The position numbers were made by a program, and so were the translations under genes. The notes beneath the pieces were generated by a model that was not told the origin of the DNA, searched no databases, and worked only from the letters and a program-made list of their open reading frames with translations. From positions 96,410,001 to 96,474,000 of the forward strand of contig OX597817.1 in NCBI GenBank assembly GCA_951406725.2: DNA of 64,000 bases. The letters run 5' to 3'. This document shows positions 59,537 to 64,000 of this stretch, piece after piece. Source of the stretch: Octopus vulgaris (lineage: Eukaryota). The stretch's first letter is position 1; each line of letters starts with the position of its first letter.

Positions 59537-60098
59537 ATATCAAACTAAAATTATTGAACAAACAGATGCAAGGTCATCCGCATATCATTTCATAATTCGA
59601 ACGCTTTAAATATAATACACCCCTGAAATGGCCATAGGGATAAGTAAATATGGTTCCCTTCTTAACTATAAGGCTTCTTTTACCTGAATAATTATTTATT
59701 TAATAAGATTTCTAAACGATGAACTTTTATTTTATTTACATGATATATATTATATATTTTTTATATGCTCCTATATGTATGTATATATATATATATATAT
59801 ATTTTTTATATATTTTCATATACCTATATATTTTTATATATTACTTATATTATATTTTTACTTTCTACGTCTTTTTTAAAAAAATGTATTTTTTCTGAAT
59901 CGCTAAAATATTAACTCTAAAATTTTTGATGATAAGAATTTTTTCTCGCACCTTATTATTATTATGTGCTAGTCTGCTTATACAGATGAATTATGTTCTA
60001 TCTTGCGGGATGTTTATATGTATATTCTATGATTAAATGTTCGAATTATGAAATGATATGCGGATGACCTTGCATTTGTTTGTTCAATAATTTTAGTT

Positions 60099-60104
<6 letters not shown>
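59537..60104. repeat. ~65-bp inverted arms around an AT-rich core
   Basis: 59537-59602 vs 60039-60104. Confidence 0.85.
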
Positions 60105-60135
<31 letters not shown>

Positions 60136-60136
<1 letters not shown>

Positions 60137-61322
60137 TCAAAATAAGCAACAAGAATAACTTCGTTAATTTGGTACGATTGTTTCACACTACATCATTTTA
60201 TTAAATGTAGTAAGTATTACAACAGTTTTAAAATGTTGAGCAATCATCAGCCATTAATAGAGGTTTTCCTTTAATATATAATTTTCATATCAATTGATAA
60301 CATTATAGAGAAGGTAGATATATAGACAAAGATGTGGATTTAAATTTTAAGAACATTAAGGTAGTAGAGTTTATCAACTGACTAAAGAATATTCAGTTGT
60401 TTTGAACTGCTAGAAGGTTTGGGAAGAATGATCAATTGAAATGAGACAAGGAAGATTTTCTATTTATAGAAATAGGGGTGAAATAGATGTCACAGTTCTA
60501 TATAAAGAAATCGGGGTAGAGAAAGAGGGTTGGCAAACAGATTTTGTATTAGGAAAACTAGGTTAATATCAAATGGTCATAGTGACCATTTATAGAGAAT
60601 ACAGATATTCTTTTATACTTATATACATCAACTTTATATTTAGCTGGCAGGCTTTGAATATTTTGATACGTTGGATTAAAGGAGAAATTGTAAATCTAAT
60701 ATTTATTCATTTTGGAGAAAAATCTATCACTTATTATGAGTAGGCATAATACTCATTAACTTAGGACAAAAGTCTTATTAATCAAGTATTAGGGGTCAAA
60801 TATATATAATAGGAAAATTGGAAGAGGGGTAATCAAGAAGAATGGTATTCATAGGTTTAGTAGAAGGTGATTTATTTTTATGAAGAGAAGTAATTAAGAA
60901 GAGTAAATTACTCAGATTTCATAGATAGTGAATTGTTATTAATGAATTAAAATATAGAATCTGTTAGAAATAATATTTACTACCCGCGGAGAAAGGCTAA
61001 TTAGTTAGATAAAAATATCCTTTGATATCAATTGATCATTCCTCCCAAACCTTTTAGCAGTTCAAAACAACTGAATATTCTGAATATTCTTCAGTCAGTT
61101 GATAAACTCTACTACCTTAATGTTCCACATCTTTGTCTATATATCTACCTTCTCTATAATGTTATCAATTGATATGAAAATTATGTATTAATGGAGAACC
61201 TCTATTAATGGCTGATGATTGCTCAACATTTTAAAACTGTTGTAATACTTACATTTAATAAAATGATGTAGCGTGAAACGATCATACCAAATTACCGAAG
61301 TTATTCTTGTTGCTTATTTTGA
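60136..61322. repeat. ~300-bp-arm fold-back, each arm carrying a hammerhead motif
   Basis: 60136-60440 inverts to ~61028-61322; motifs at 60170-60253 (-) and 61209-61289 (+): tgg-CTGATGA...GAAAC-(g/a)atc-(g/a)TA-cca. Confidence 0.85.
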
Positions 61323-61419
61323 TTATAATCACCCCATGGATTTATATGGATAACACCATACTAAATTCTGGTGCATCTAACTTAAGTACCATATTCATTT
61401 GAATCTAAATTTTGCTGAA

Positions 61420-61471
<52 letters not shown>

Positions 61472-61489
61472 GATAGATAGCAGGTTGGT

Positions 61490-61880
61490 AGATATAAAAG
61501 AGAGATTCTGTCTGCTTGTGTGTTTGTTTGTCTCACAAAGTCCAAAGTAAAAGGTTCAAGGGAGGCAACACTAATTGTGCACAAACCTATGAAGAACTGC
61601 ATTAAGGCAAATATTCTCACTGGTTGTGGTAAACATCTCATAAAGTGAAAGTAATTGTCTCAAGGGAAGCAACACTAATTGTGCACAAACCTATGACGAG
61701 CTGCATTAAGGCAATTATTCTCACTGGTTGTGATAAATGTGACACTCTTCGTTCCTTGCATACTAGTTATACCATCTAACGTCCCATTCAAATTTAAGCA
61801 CTTAAATTTTCCTATACCACTTTCTTTTGCCATGAGCATTACTAAAAGTCAAGGCCAAACACTAAAAGTTGCTGGATTGA
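61490..61880 (+). mobile_element. Helitron Pif1-like helicase C-terminal remnant with internal duplication
   Basis: IPSNVPFKFKHLNFPIPLSFAMSITKSQGQTLKVAGL; duplicated TLIVHKPM..IKA.ILTGC segment (~61557 and ~61660). Confidence 0.8.
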
Positions 61881-62172
61881 AGAACAAACAGAAGTTCATA
61901 TATGAAATCCATCTATTTTCTACTTCAATTATTGTTATATGTTTTTCTCTTATATAATACACACATACAGGTCGAGTAAATCTAAATCTAATTGACAAAA
62001 CACAGCATTTGTACTATTACTTGCTGTTGCCTTGCCTTCCACTCCTGTAATATAACGTTAGAATTTCAGCACTAACATTGACAGGACACAGCATTGGTAA
62101 TTTCATTTCACTGTTACTTACTGATATTCTTAATCAAAAAAATGTCTCCTAAAAAAAGCCCATCAAAAACCA

Positions 62173-62277
62173 TTGTTGGTACTCTTGAGTTTCAAGCGTG
62201 ATGCTAGCAATCAGCTATTTTGAATTTGAAATGGCTGACGACTAGCATCATGCTTGAAACTCAAGAGTACCAACGAA
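62173..62277. ncRNA. Palindrome of two divergent hammerhead motifs; + arm 62232-62272 has intact core boxes
   Basis: tgg-CTGACGA(62235-41)-ctagcatcatgctt-GAAA(62256-59)C-tcaaga-GTA-cca; mirror copy on the minus strand has CTGATTG. Confidence 0.65.
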
Positions 62278-62354
62278 TTTGAAACCCCCCCCCCACTATT
62301 TTGATCCATACATGTGTGTCTGCATACATTTTTTGAGTGCATGTGCGCATGTAT

Positions 62355-62725
62355 ACTCTTACTCTTTTACTTGTTTCAGTCATTTGACTGTGGCCATGCT
62401 GGAGCACCGCCTTTAGTCGACCAAATCAACCCCAGGCCTTATTCTTTGTAAGCCTAGTACTTATTCTATCAGTCTCTTTTGCCAAACCGCAAAGTTATGG
62501 GGATGTAAACACACCACCATCAGTTGTCAGGCGATGCTGGGGAACAAGCACAGACACAAACATATACATATACATGCTTTCAGTTTCTGTCTACCAAATC
62601 CACTCAAGGCTTTGGTCGGCGCGAAACTATAGTAGAAGACACTTGCCCAAGGTGCCATGCAGTGGGACTGAACCTGGAACCATGTGGTTTGTTAGCAAGC
62701 TACTTACCACATAGCCACTCCTACG
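62355..62725 (-). mobile_element. tRNA-derived SINE
   Basis: Reverse complement of the 55770-56172 family. Confidence 0.9.
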
Positions 62726-63329
62726 CCTATATATATCCTATATTCTACCAATACCACTATCAACACTTACCTCTACCTTGGATTTTCTTTACCTCTTGGA
62801 TACTTCCCATTGGCTGCACCTCTCTTTCGCGGATCAAAGTGACTTTGCATTGATGTGAAATCCTTAAAAATTATACCACGACGTCTACACATTTCTCACC
62901 TTGAACTTTCAACCTTGAACTTGTTCGCATAAACTGTCCCGGTTGTTGTATTTTTATTTTCTCTTATATTACCACTTTTTTTACATTCATTTCATGCTTT
63001 CCACATTTTCCTGCATATTTGTTCTCCTTTCCGTCTTTCTTCCCTCTCTGGATGTCCATACTCCGTTTCCTCTGCCTGCACCCTCCTTTTTTTGCCTCCC
63101 CTCTCTCTGCTTCCCATCTTTCTTTCCCTTTTCCGTTTGCCCCGTCTTTTCTGCCCCTATCGCTTACTTATCTAGTTTTTTCATACGATTATTATTTTTT
63201 TGTTTTTTTGAACGTTTGTTTTTTCCCCTTTTTTCGCTATCCTTTTTTTCTATTTTTTTCATACGATAATTTTTGTTTTTTTTTTTTTGTTTTTTTGTTT
63301 TTCGAACGTTTTTTTTCCGCTATCCCATC

Positions 63330-64000
63330 ATGCCGGATCCTAGGTCCTACCTCCTCACCCTCCATCACCGTTTGAAGGATCATCTCCGTTCGCTTCCTGT
63401 ATATTGCCTTCAGCCGTCCGTTAATCTCTCTCTACTTCTTTTTAAAAAAACCCGCTTCTCTAGCCATGTCTCTTTCCTAAGCCGCTGCCTACATCACCGA
63501 CTCATCCCTAAAGGTTTCCGCCTCCACTTCCACCCTGCTCTCCACTCGGATTCTTCCATCTTACCCATACTCCGCACCACATCTTACCGCCTTATGCGGG
63601 CCACCATTCGCTCCAATCTCTCCAAACTACATGCCATCAACCGCCTTCTTCCTCCTGCTTTCTCCACCTTCTTCTCCTCTCTGCCGCCTCTCTATGCTCC
63701 AAACACGCTACGCTTCATTATCCATTTGAATCAACTCTTCCATCAATTTCTTTCTGATACCAAACTTCGTAAACTCCAATCACTCTTCCATTCCACCCTA
63801 CCCGACGCGACTACCCCATCTCCTCCACCACCCTTCTACCCTCCCGATAGGCTCCATCCACCCACACCTAACCCCACTGCCCCTCCCTACAACCCCTTCT
63901 CCCCTCCCGTTAGGCTCCATCCACCTACACCTAACCCTACTGCCCCGCCCAACCACCCCCCACACACCTCCCCAATCCCTCCCCCTCAGACCTCCACGAG
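63330..64000 (+). CDS. N-terminus of a Penelope-like element ORF, open to the window end
   Basis: ATG at 63330, no stop to 64000: MPDPRSY...RFSSHVSFLSRCLHHRLIPKGFRLHF...Pro-rich linker; the H..FL..C....LIPKG motif is typical of PLE N-termini. Confidence 0.7.
   Translation, partial: MPDPRSYLLTLHHRLKDHLRSLPVYCLQPSVNLSLLLFKKTRFSSHVSFLSRCLHHRLIPKGFRLHFHPALHSDSSILPILRTTSYRLMRATIRSNLSKLHAINRLLPPAFSTFFSSLPPLYAPNTLRFIIHLNQLFHQFLSDTKLRKLQSLFHSTLPDATTPSPPPPFYPPDRLHPPTPNPTAPPYNPFSPPVRLHPPTPNPTAPPNHPPHTSPIPPPQTST

Noticed and set aside
60640-60710. Possible CRPPA exon 2 (..RWIKGEIV..)
   Set aside because: Lies inside a fold-back repeat, with weak similarity and no convincing splice sites

Overview
Animal genomic DNA, probably a coleoid cephalopod (Octopus-like, judged from the SINE/LINE families and massive (TA)n tracts; not proven). 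Most long ORFs in the supplied track are poly(YI) artefacts. Three short host exons that the track misses are present. Two are minus-strand exons of an RNF113/CWC24-like gene (56557-56437, 37805-37732). One is exon 1 of a CRPPA/ISPD-like gene (56656-56807). The two genes are head-to-head with only ~98 bp between start codons, and an inverted CCAAT pair lies between them. The rest is intronic transposon landscape: CR1/L2-group LINEs embedded in (TA)n (ORF1 with Myb/SANT-like + CCCH finger), RTE LINEs with a PHD finger inside the RT region, tRNA-SINEs, Tc1 (DD34E), maT (DD37D), piggyBac, Merlin and Helitron remnants, and Penelope-like (including Naiad-type) fragments. The most striking hidden layer is about ten type I hammerhead-ribozyme motifs of several families. 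They have minimal, often palindromic, helix III and repeatedly sit in fold-back (inverted) structures.
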